From positions 6,721 to 70,720 of the forward strand of contig JAILIV010000050.1 in NCBI GenBank assembly GCA_024695105.1: DNA of 64,000 nt, written 5' to 3'. This DNA is from Bacilli bacterium. Lineage in GTDB: Bacteria; Bacillota_I; Bacilli_A; RFN20; CAG-826. A program made the position numbers and the translations under genes. Shown here one piece after another: positions 18,531 to 27,341 of this stretch (its first letter is position 1; each line of letters begins with the position of its first letter). The notes under the pieces are model-generated. The model made no database searches, was not told the origin of the DNA, and saw only the letters and a list, made by a program, of their open reading frames with translations.

Positions 18531-19718
18531 ATGGAAACCGACAACAACGGATTTTACTTAGGAATACGTTTCCAAGGATCGGAAAAAAGTTATTACTTTT
18601 CTTGCCCCGACGACGACTTTGCCTTAGGCGATTTAGTCATCGTCATGACCGCCAACGGCGTCGAAGCGGGCCAAGTGTCGATCGAACCCAAGCCACTCTC
18701 GACCTATAACTCCCCGCTCGAGCTCAAATCCATCCTTCGCAAAGCCGACCAACGCGACATCCGCGACTACGAACGCAACCTCGCCGACGCGAAAAAAGCC
18801 ATGGCCATCACTCGTCAAGAGGTGGCCAACCTCAACCTGGCGATGGACCTTATCGACGCCTTCTACACGATCGATGGTTCCAAAATCACCATCACGTATA
18901 CGTCCACTGAAAAGCGTGTGGATTTCCGCGAACTCCTGAAAGTCCTCGCGCCCCAAATCGGCTGCCGCATCGAACTGCGCCAAATCGCCGCCCGCGACAA
19001 GGCGAAAATGGTCGGTGGGCTTGGCATCTGCGGATTGCCCCTTTGCTGCTCTACCTTTTTGAACCAATTCGAAGGCATTTCCATCCAACGCGCCAAAAAC
19101 CAGATGCTTACGTTGAACATTCCCAAGCTATCGGGCCCTTGTGGCAAACTCATCTGCTGCTTGATGTATGAAGATGACGCCTATACCGAGGCCAAAAAGG
19201 AGTTCCCCCATTACGGCACTGTAGTGAAGCTCGACGAAGGCCCATACACCGTAGACGCGATCAATATCCTTTCCAAGACGATCCGCTTAGTAAACGCCAC
19301 AAGAAGCGACTACAAAACGTTCTCGCTAGAAGACGTCAAAGCGATGCTTAAAGGCACGTATGTGCGCAAAGTGGAAATCGTCAAAGCGGAAGACGCCCCC
19401 CTCCCATCTTTTGGAATTGATTACAAGCCATCCGAAAACGAAAAACCCAACAATCCCCAGTCCAAAAATCAGAAAGATCAGAATTTCGACCGCAATCACG
19501 GACGGAATAACCGCGATCAAAGGCGTCATGGAAACCAACGCAACGAAGGCGGAAACAACAACCAAAACCGTCCCAATAACCAGCGCAACAACAATCAACC
19601 TCGCCCCGAACAGCCTAACCAAGGCCAAGGTGGGAATGACAACCGAAACAAAAGGCATCGCCACCGTCATGGCAGGCATGGCGACAACCGCGGCGAAGGA
19701 GGCGGTAACGGCCAATGA
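18531..19718 (+). CDS. ricT: PSP1-domain protein RicT/YaaT with N/Q/R/G/H-rich C-terminal tail
   Basis: PSP1 core with the Cys cluster (GICGLPLCCSTF...CGKLICCLMYE). AAGGAG SD. About 95 aa of low-complexity tail at ~19431-19715. Confidence 0.85.
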   Translation: METDNNGFYLGIRFQGSEKSYYFSCPDDDFALGDLVIVMTANGVEAGQVSIEPKPLSTYNSPLELKSILRKADQRDIRDYERNLADAKKAMAITRQEVANLNLAMDLIDAFYTIDGSKITITYTSTEKRVDFRELLKVLAPQIGCRIELRQIAARDKAKMVGGLGICGLPLCCSTFLNQFEGISIQRAKNQMLTLNIPKLSGPCGKLICCLMYEDDAYTEAKKEFPHYGTVVKLDEGPYTVDAINILSKTIRLVNATRSDYKTFSLEDVKAMLKGTYVRKVEIVKAEDAPLPSFGIDYKPSENEKPNNPQSKNQKDQNFDRNHGRNNRDQRRHGNQRNEGGNNNQNRPNNQRNNNQPRPEQPNQGQGGNDNRNKRHRHRHGRHGDNRGEGGGNGQ

Positions 19719-20581
19719 TTCCCCGCGCGTTGAATTTCGAAGGGCCCGAGCCGCTTCTTTATCTCATCGCCACCCCCATCGGAAACCTTTCCGAAATGAC
19801 TCCTCGCGCATTGCAGGTGCTCCAGCAGACCGATTTCATCGCGGCCGAGGATACGCGTAACTCAGGTCAACTCATGGCCCATTTCGGCATTGATAAGCCT
19901 TTCATCTCCTGCCATGAGCATAACGAGGAAGAAGCTAGCGCGCGCATCGTGTCGCTGCTTAAGGATGGGAAGAAGGTTTGTTTCATGTCCGATGCCGGAT
20001 ATCCATGCCTTTCCGACCCCGGGCAACGGCTCGTCGCCCGCTGCCTCGAAGCGGGAATCAAAGTTTCCGTCACTTCCGGCCCCTCCGCCGCGATCAATGC
20101 TTTGGCTTGTTCCGGACTTCCAAGCGAACACTTTCACTTTGAAGGGTTCCTTCCCGCAAAACCTACCGAGCGGGAGGCAAGGCTTCGCGAACTCGATCCT
20201 TATCCGGAAACGCTCGTTTTCTACGAGTCCCCCCACCGCATCTTCAAGACGCTTCTTTCCATGGCGGCGATCCTTGGGGGAGACCGTAAGGCGGTCATTG
20301 CAAGGGAGCTCACCAAAACCCATGAGGAATTCATCCGGGGGACTTTGGGAGAGCTTGCCCTAATTGATGAATCCACCCTCCGCGGGGAAATGGTCGTTTT
20401 GGTCGAAGGCGGCAAGAAGAGCCAACGTGAAATGACCGATAACGAAATCGCTTTGGCCTTAAAGGACCAATTGGAATGGGGCAAGACCTCCAAAGAGGCG
20501 ATCAAGGCCGTCTGCGAAAGCTCTGGCCTTCCCAAAAACAGAGTTTACGAAATCTACATCGCGACGTTTAAACGCGATTAA
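19715..20581 (+). CDS. rsmI: 16S rRNA (cytidine1402-2'-O)-methyltransferase RsmI
   Basis: Tetrapyrrole-methylase-fold N-terminus LYLIATPIGNL and AEDTR motif. ATGA overlap with ricT. Confidence 0.9.
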   Translation: MIPRALNFEGPEPLLYLIATPIGNLSEMTPRALQVLQQTDFIAAEDTRNSGQLMAHFGIDKPFISCHEHNEEEASARIVSLLKDGKKVCFMSDAGYPCLSDPGQRLVARCLEAGIKVSVTSGPSAAINALACSGLPSEHFHFEGFLPAKPTEREARLRELDPYPETLVFYESPHRIFKTLLSMAAILGGDRKAVIARELTKTHEEFIRGTLGELALIDESTLRGEMVVLVEGGKKSQREMTDNEIALALKDQLEWGKTSKEAIKAVCESSGLPKNRVYEIYIATFKRD

Positions 20582-23500
20582 TCCTGAGTCTGTAGCGCGA
20601 GGGATTCCTTGCGCTTTTTCTTTAGCGACACGAAGCTAAGAACCAAAATACCGACGTAACATACGATACCCGTGACGTACAAAACGGCAGAAAGGTTTCC
20701 ATAGGGCGTCTTGTATTCCAACACGTATTCCACGGGCAGCGCTTCCCCGCCTTCTCCCTTGGCCGACGGGGCGAGAAAACCAACCAACCCACCATCCAAC
20801 TTCAGCATCTGACATTTGACCTTTTGGCCACCAGGCAACGTAGCCGTCGCCGACCAGCCTTTGTCGAACCCAAGTTGGGTCAGCACGATGCGGTCTTCCG
20901 CGTAATTGGTCTTAAACAGGAAGCGGTTGGTCTCCGTTTTTACTTCTTGCAGGGCGTCCGCGCCGATTTGGGCCTCAAACGCCTTGATATCGGAACGTTC
21001 CACCACCGATAAATAGAAGTCGCTTGGATTGACGCTGACGAAGCCAGAAGAGCCATAGCACAAGACGAAGTACCGCACTTTGCCTTGGGCATATAAGCCA
21101 AAGGTACACGCCTCGCGGCAATAGTAATCGGTCGCGGTGGCACTCGGCAAAAGCTGATGATCGAAGCTTAGGCAAACGTTCTCTTCCCATTCCCCGCTCG
21201 GAAGTTTGCGGTCCCCAATGGCGTATACACGGGGCGCCCCTTCGTTCTTATTGTTGTAGAAATGGAATTCCATATAGCAACCGTTTTCGTCCGTGTTGAA
21301 GAATTCGCCCGAGGATGGACGGATGGCCAGCTTGCCAAAGTCCTTCGCCATGGAAAATTGCCCGCCCAAGTTAGATTGCTTTGTCTTGTAATGATTCAAA
21401 AAGTAGGCCAAACCTTCGTGGTAGTAGGACTTGTTAACGCCGGCAAGAAGGCGGTCATCCGATTCGGTTACATAGTAGTCCATGGTCAGACCACTACCGT
21501 TGACCAACCGCTTCAGCTTGCCACCGGTAGCGTCGGTTAACGCCTGGTCGCTAGTCATGGCGGGGCTATTCTCTTTGACGGTGAACGACTCCGGCAAGAC
21601 GCAATCGTCCTCCAAAATGGCCCCATGGGTTTCCACATATTGGACCCACTCCAACTCCAGGTAGGAGTTCCGTCCGTTCCAATAGTTGAAGAACTGATTC
21701 TTAAACTCCGAATCGGGATTGTATTTCATGCGATAGAGCGTGTCCGAAGACACGGCATATCCAAGATTGGGTAGGCTCGATTCGTTCCGGCGATACACAC
21801 GATACCGATCGCGGTTGGGCGAATAGTCCACCATCTCCTCAGCGTCAAAGGGGACGTTCGCGGGCAGGAATAAAGGATTCCCTTCGTTGTCTTTCCAACC
21901 GGAGTAGTTGTTTTGGATGATGTAATAACGCATGCCAAGCAGCGTATCCGTCGCGTAGCGTTTGTTCGCGTAATGTCCCGACCAACGGGGGTTGTAATAG
22001 GATTCCCCGCCGTAAGTGGTGTTGGAACCGCCAGGGAGCTTGATTTGGTTGTTTAAGGCGAAGGTCTCCACGTCAAAGTTCATCAACGAATGGAAAGATG
22101 AGGGCGAATTGACGCCAAAGACGTTATGCGTGTAGTTGCTTCCTCGGGACGTGTCGCAATAAGTGCGGAAGAAAGAGCTGTCGTTGGCGTTGATCGCGTT
22201 GGTCATCACCAAACTGCTCTCGCGGGTTTCGGTGCCCCCGGCGTAGGAATAATCATAGGACCACGTACCATTAAAGGCGTAACTTAGGCCACCCATGACA
22301 GCGACTTCCACCGAAGCCATGCCAAGGAGAGCGAACTTCAGCCACTTTCTTCGATGACCCACGCACAATAGCGTTCCTTCGATTAAGACGAAGGCCAATT
22401 GGTAATAGAAATACCAAGCCGCATCCACACTGCCGTAAATCTCGGAAGCCGTGTGGTAACTTGTCTGCCAATACGTGGTGTGGTTCGGGTTATACGTCGC
22501 ATAGCTGAACGTTTTGCCACCGAGGATGCCCTCGGTGACGTAGAAGGTGAAGATGGTGCCGATCAACGCCATGACGCTGGCGGCAAACGGGATGAACGCA
22601 GGTTCTTCCTTTCGAAGGTCAAACGCCCAACAACAGTAATAGACGATAAGGGGAACCAAAACGAGGTACCACCGACCATAACCGTTGCCGGTGAAAGCGT
22701 AAAAGAAGAAATAGCTGAAGTTGGTGAATGCGGCGTACACGCAAAGGACCACTACGACCAAATGCGACCATTTCCGAAGCCGCACGGAATTGATGATCGC
22801 CGCGAAGAACAAAATGACGCAAGGCGTGTAACAGAATAACGACGAAGTCCAGGCGTCGTAACCGCTACGCGCCAAAGGAAGGTTGGTCCACCCACCCGTC
22901 GGAAAGAAGAAGGAAATCAACCCCATCAGCTCGCGTCCAGGATTATCCCCCACTTCTTCAAACACGTAAGTGAAGAACATCTTGAAATCGAATGTCTTCA
23001 AGGTATTGAGCACCGTGTGAAGATAGGCGCTACCGATGGAAGCGGAACGACCGGAAAGCAAACTTTGCCGAACCGAAGGCAAAATCGCGAAAGCCGATAG
23101 CATTAAGCCGATCGCGAATCCACAAACGCCCAATACCATGGCCATGATGTTCTGGTTTTTGTCGCGCGTTTTGATGGTCGCGAAGAACCGCCACACCGCA
23201 TAGATGACACCGAAGATGCAAAGCACCGGGACATAGAAGAAACACGACATCCCTAAGCCCGCGAGTCCCACGATGAGCAAGGTGGGCTCCCGTTTCCGTA
23301 ACACCCGTTCAATGCCCCAAAGGATCAACGGGAAAAACGCCATCGCTGATGTGAAGTTCGGGAAGCCTTCATAGAACGTGGTAAAGCCCGAGAAGGCATA
23401 GACGATGCCGCCGATGCGAGCGGTCCATTCCCGAATGCCCATTTCCTTTAGGTATCCACGCATCATGAGACCACCAAACATCAACTTGGCGAACGTCATA

Positions 23501-23916
23501 AGGACATAGGTGTGCGGAATCCATGAACGCGGGAACAAATAGCAAACGAACATGAATGGGTCGCAGAAGCCGTAATAGGCCCCCGATCCGATCATGTCCC
23601 CGCCCAAAAATAGCCCCGCGTCATAAAGGGGCAGATGACCCGTGGTGAAGAACGTGTGCCATGCATCCCAGTAGTTATAGGTAAACGAGATGTATTGCCA
23701 GGTGTAGTCCCAGTTCAAAAGTTGGGTGAATGAATTGAAAATCAGTGGATATATAGTCCATATTGCGGCCAACAGAAACAGGAAAACCCCGTAATAGAAG
23801 GCGCTGTCCCAATGGAATAGCCACGGGAAAACCCGACGCGCCCAAGTGTGTTTTGCAGGTTTTTTATCGCGCAATTCCCGCAAAGTCGGTTTTTGTGGTG
23901 CCGCAGATTCGCTCAT
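20578..23916 (-). CDS. YfhO-family polytopic membrane protein (GT-C-like glycosyltransferase family), 1112 aa
   Basis: About 540 aa of multi-TM N-terminal region, about 500 aa of Y/N/S-rich extracytoplasmic region, and a terminal TM (VLYVTGIVCYVGILVLSFVSL). Its ATG overlaps the stop of the upstream P-II-like gene (ATGA). Confidence 0.75.
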   Translation of the reverse strand: MSESAAPQKPTLRELRDKKPAKHTWARRVFPWLFHWDSAFYYGVFLFLLAAIWTIYPLIFNSFTQLLNWDYTWQYISFTYNYWDAWHTFFTTGHLPLYDAGLFLGGDMIGSGAYYGFCDPFMFVCYLFPRSWIPHTYVLMTFAKLMFGGLMMRGYLKEMGIREWTARIGGIVYAFSGFTTFYEGFPNFTSAMAFFPLILWGIERVLRKREPTLLIVGLAGLGMSCFFYVPVLCIFGVIYAVWRFFATIKTRDKNQNIMAMVLGVCGFAIGLMLSAFAILPSVRQSLLSGRSASIGSAYLHTVLNTLKTFDFKMFFTYVFEEVGDNPGRELMGLISFFFPTGGWTNLPLARSGYDAWTSSLFCYTPCVILFFAAIINSVRLRKWSHLVVVVLCVYAAFTNFSYFFFYAFTGNGYGRWYLVLVPLIVYYCCWAFDLRKEEPAFIPFAASVMALIGTIFTFYVTEGILGGKTFSYATYNPNHTTYWQTSYHTASEIYGSVDAAWYFYYQLAFVLIEGTLLCVGHRRKWLKFALLGMASVEVAVMGGLSYAFNGTWSYDYSYAGGTETRESSLVMTNAINANDSSFFRTYCDTSRGSNYTHNVFGVNSPSSFHSLMNFDVETFALNNQIKLPGGSNTTYGGESYYNPRWSGHYANKRYATDTLLGMRYYIIQNNYSGWKDNEGNPLFLPANVPFDAEEMVDYSPNRDRYRVYRRNESSLPNLGYAVSSDTLYRMKYNPDSEFKNQFFNYWNGRNSYLELEWVQYVETHGAILEDDCVLPESFTVKENSPAMTSDQALTDATGGKLKRLVNGSGLTMDYYVTESDDRLLAGVNKSYYHEGLAYFLNHYKTKQSNLGGQFSMAKDFGKLAIRPSSGEFFNTDENGCYMEFHFYNNKNEGAPRVYAIGDRKLPSGEWEENVCLSFDHQLLPSATATDYYCREACTFGLYAQGKVRYFVLCYGSSGFVSVNPSDFYLSVVERSDIKAFEAQIGADALQEVKTETNRFLFKTNYAEDRIVLTQLGFDKGWSATATLPGGQKVKCQMLKLDGGLVGFLAPSAKGEGGEALPVEYVLEYKTPYGNLSAVLYVTGIVCYVGILVLSFVSLKKKRKESLALQTQD

Positions 23917-24257
23917 TCTCCTGCCTTAGGGTCTGTCTTTGTTTCTTCCGTCGTCCCTAATCCTACTACGTCTGCGACAGGCAGGGAGAAGGCGATTCCA
24001 AGGCCCTTCGTCCCCATGCCTGCCCCCTCGTTGATCGCCGATAGGGTCTGATCGCGGATTTCCTGGGGAACCAAAATCAGGACGATGTCCTTCTCGGGGG
24101 TGACGCGGATCCCGAAGAATTCCCCCACTTCTTTGCTTCCCGTTCCACGGGCGGAAAGAACCGTGCCTCCTCGGGCGCCGGCTTTGGTCGCGGCGGTCAT
24201 CACCAAGTCGGAATACCCATGGTTCACGATCGCCATGATGCATTCGTATTTGCTCAT
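23913..24257 (-). CDS. P-II-like signal-transduction protein (114 aa)
   Basis: The pattern ECIMAIVNHGYSDLVMTAATKAGARGGTVLSARGTG...DIVLILV resembles the beta-alpha-beta P-II core with a T-loop-like segment. ATGA overlaps at both ends. Confidence 0.55.
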   Translation of the reverse strand: MSKYECIMAIVNHGYSDLVMTAATKAGARGGTVLSARGTGSKEVGEFFGIRVTPEKDIVLILVPQEIRDQTLSAINEGAGMGTKGLGIAFSLPVADVVGLGTTEETKTDPKAGE

Positions 24258-24679
24258 TCTTTCTTTCCTTTCTTCTCCGTCGGGGAGATGGGTTTTTCAA
24301 ATAGTCGGGTGTTCGACAGCATTTTGTAAATCGAGATGCCCGCTACGGAATCTAGAGGAACCGAATAGGCGATTCCTTTCGCCATGGCGGATACGCTGAA
24401 GCGCTGACGTAGCGCGTCCTTGTACTTCTCCCAGAACTCTAGGCGCAGGACGGAGAACACCACGTCTTTCTTTGGGGAGACGCTAAGGATGGAGAGAATC
24501 TCCGCCGGAGCGGTCCCGTGCCCATGGCACACGCAGCAAAGCGCGGATTCGCAATCGTAGTTAAGCTGAAGGATGGATTCGGCCTGGCCATCGGGAACGA
24601 TGGTCGTGACGAAAAGAAGGGGACGCAGACGATGCGTGCGGTCGTAGGGAACGAAGCTTTTTTCTTGCTCTTCGCTCAT
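24254..24679 (-). CDS. Divergent P-II-like protein (141 aa)
   Basis: LLFVTTIVPDGQAESILQL...CHGHGTAP...DVVFSVL shows the same fold-type pattern as its neighbour but is highly diverged. ATGA overlaps at both ends. Confidence 0.45.
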   Translation of the reverse strand: MSEEQEKSFVPYDRTHRLRPLLFVTTIVPDGQAESILQLNYDCESALCCVCHGHGTAPAEILSILSVSPKKDVVFSVLRLEFWEKYKDALRQRFSVSAMAKGIAYSVPLDSVAGISIYKMLSNTRLFEKPISPTEKKGKKE

Positions 24680-26274
24680 AGGCCCTCCTCCATAAACGCG
24701 GTCATGTCAAAGTGGATGATCTGATCGTCATTCTCTTCTACGATACGCTTTCGCGCATAGGCAAGAGCCATCCGCGTTTTGATTTGCGACTGCAAACCGA
24801 GCGCTTGGATGACGATGATCGGCATCATCGCCACCATGGCGACCAACCCAAATCCATACATATATACGTCTTCGCCCTGAATCAGCGTGAAACCGATGCA
24901 GAAAGGCAAAACGAAGGTTGAGGTCATCGGGCCAGAGGCGACGCCACCAGAGTCAAACGCCATCGCGGTATAAATCTTCGGAACAAGGAACGACAGCACG
25001 AACGCGATGATGTATCCGGGGATGATATAGTACTCCAAGCCGAAACGGAAATGGGAACGAAGCACGGACAAAGCCACGGCCACCCCGTTTGCCAAAGCCA
25101 AAATAAGAAGCACGTGCCCTTTCTTCACCGCGCCGTCGGACACTTGCTCCATCTGGGCAACCAACACGTGCACGGCTGGCTCAGCCAAAACGCCGAAGAC
25201 GCCAAACAAGGCGCCGATGCCGATCGCCACGTAATGCATGGGCACCGAAGTCCCAAGCATTTGGCCCACCGTTTGGGCAACGGGCAAGAACCCCCATTCC
25301 ACCGCGGTGAGGAAAAACACCAAGCCCACATAGGTGATAAGCATTCCGACGACGATGCGCAGCAAATCCTTGCCGGGGATCCGAATGAAAATCAGTTCGT
25401 ACACGATAAAGAACCCCAAAATCGGCACGACGGACAACGCAACCGAACCCATGGTTCGTAACGAAGAACCCCCCAGCGCTTCCCAAATGGAAGATAAGGA
25501 TTCGCTACCCTGGGGATAAGCATCCGGAAGTCCTCTCCCCGTGCTTTTGAGGATAAGGGATATGACGATGACTGCGATGATGGGCCCAATGGAGCATAAC
25601 GCGGTCAAGCCGAAGGAATCCTCGGAGTTTTTGCCGTTTCGATTCGCCGCCATACCTAGGCCAAACCCTAGCAAGAACGGGACCGTGACCGGACCCGTGG
25701 TGACGCCACCAGAATCGAAACAAATCGGAAGGAACCGAGGGTCGATAAAATAAATCAGGGCAAAACACAAACCATAGAACGCCAGGAACATCACGTTCAG
25801 ACTCTGATGGAGCGTCGTGCGGATAACGCCGACGACGAGGAACAAGCCCACGCCGACGCCAATAGACCAAATGATGATTTGGCTATCGATGCCAACCTGC
25901 CCCGACAAAACGCTAAGGTCTGGCTCTGCGATCGTCACCAAAACGCCGATGATGAACGTCATGGCGATGACGAAAAAGAATTTGTTCTTCTTCACCAACG
26001 ACCCACCGATGATGAGCCCGATTTCCGTCATGGATTGCTCCGTCCCAAGGTTGAACAAAGCCATGCCCAAGATGATCATCCCCGCCGCGACGGAGAAGGA
26101 AACGATTTGGTCGTTAGAGATTGAATAAGGGACGCCCCCCGGACCAGAAAAGGTATCCTGAGGGAGCAAAAAGCGCGTGACAAGGAAAAACACCAAGACC
26201 GCCAAGGCGATCGGGGAGGCGGAAATTAGCGCCTCTTTGAGTTTATCCAACCAAACCTTGCCACCCGGGATCAT
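24676..26274 (-). CDS. Membrane protein made of two DUF1538 repeats (532 aa)
   Basis: Polytopic protein with a visible internal duplication: IAEPDLSVL / LAEPAVHVL and FDSGGVTTGPVTVPFLL / FDSGGVASGPMTSTFVL in the two halves. Confidence 0.65.
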   Translation of the reverse strand: MIPGGKVWLDKLKEALISASPIALAVLVFFLVTRFLLPQDTFSGPGGVPYSISNDQIVSFSVAAGMIILGMALFNLGTEQSMTEIGLIIGGSLVKKNKFFFVIAMTFIIGVLVTIAEPDLSVLSGQVGIDSQIIIWSIGVGVGLFLVVGVIRTTLHQSLNVMFLAFYGLCFALIYFIDPRFLPICFDSGGVTTGPVTVPFLLGFGLGMAANRNGKNSEDSFGLTALCSIGPIIAVIVISLILKSTGRGLPDAYPQGSESLSSIWEALGGSSLRTMGSVALSVVPILGFFIVYELIFIRIPGKDLLRIVVGMLITYVGLVFFLTAVEWGFLPVAQTVGQMLGTSVPMHYVAIGIGALFGVFGVLAEPAVHVLVAQMEQVSDGAVKKGHVLLILALANGVAVALSVLRSHFRFGLEYYIIPGYIIAFVLSFLVPKIYTAMAFDSGGVASGPMTSTFVLPFCIGFTLIQGEDVYMYGFGLVAMVAMMPIIVIQALGLQSQIKTRMALAYARKRIVEENDDQIIHFDMTAFMEEGL

Positions 26275-27341
26275 CGCTTGCCCCCTCTTCTAGGATAGTG
26301 AGGCTTTCGACCCGGCTTAGGAGGCTGGCCCTCTGGTTTTTGCGCAGGGTGTTTCCCGCTGGCGGAAGGCTTGCGCCGCAAGACCTTTTCCTCCTGCTCC
26401 GCCCGAACTTGGGCGTGGGTTTTGAAAAACAATGGCTTAAAGCTTTCGGGCATCGGGGTGACAAAATCATACCGTTTTCCCGAAAGCGGATTCGTAAACG
26501 TGAGTTGATAGGCGTGAAGGCCTAACCGGCCCAAAGGATTCGAGGGTTCGCCATATTTATCGTCACCCGCCACATAGTGTCCGCGGCTGCCAAGCTGCAC
26601 GCGGATTTGGTTTTTGCGTCCCGAGGAAATATGGACGTCCAACAAGGAATAAGGCTCTTTGTAGGCAATGACTTTATACGCCGTCGTGGAGAGCTTCCCG
26701 GCGGCTTTATTCTTGGTTACGAACACCAGATGCAAATCGTTCTGCATCAAATAATCTTGCAAAACCGCCTCATCCTTTTCCATTTTTCCTTCGACAATGG
26801 CGTAATAGGCACGGGTTTCGACCACTTCCTGCCAATGGTTTTGCAGCGCCTCCCGCACCTCGAATTTCTTCGCGAACACCAAAACGCCCGAAGTGTCTTC
26901 GTCCAAACGGTGGACGACGTAAATGCGGGCTTTTGGATTAAACGAAGCGACGTAATCGGAAATCAGCCGATAGGCGGTCTTTCCTTTTTCGCGCTCGGTC
27001 GCGACGGAAAGCAAGCCCGAAGGTTTGTTAATCGCGATGATGTCCTCGTCCTCGTAAATGATGGGCAGATCCTTCCGTTCATGCTTGGCAATGCGATGCT
27101 TCGACACGGTAACCACGTCCTCGGGAACCAGCGGATAATTGAATTGCGATACTGGCACCCCGCCCACCGCGACTTGGTGATGGGAAAGAAGCGACTTGAT
27201 GGTTTTCCGAGGAGCGTCGGGCATTTTGAACATGAGAAACTCCATCAAGGTCGTCTCTTTGTAGACGGCAAATTCCTTGATGGCTTTGGGGTCGACCAAT
27301 CCTTTGTTGGGAGACTGTTTTTTCTTATCGTTTTTGTTCAT
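26271..27341 (-). CDS. RluA/RluD-family 23S rRNA pseudouridine synthase with basic C-terminal tail
   Basis: S4-like N-terminal domain, catalytic HRLDEDTSGVLVFAK, KNQIRVQL motif. K/P/R-rich tail of about 50 aa. Confidence 0.85.
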   Translation of the reverse strand: MNKNDKKKQSPNKGLVDPKAIKEFAVYKETTLMEFLMFKMPDAPRKTIKSLLSHHQVAVGGVPVSQFNYPLVPEDVVTVSKHRIAKHERKDLPIIYEDEDIIAINKPSGLLSVATEREKGKTAYRLISDYVASFNPKARIYVVHRLDEDTSGVLVFAKKFEVREALQNHWQEVVETRAYYAIVEGKMEKDEAVLQDYLMQNDLHLVFVTKNKAAGKLSTTAYKVIAYKEPYSLLDVHISSGRKNQIRVQLGSRGHYVAGDDKYGEPSNPLGRLGLHAYQLTFTNPLSGKRYDFVTPMPESFKPLFFKTHAQVRAEQEEKVLRRKPSASGKHPAQKPEGQPPKPGRKPHYPRRGGKR

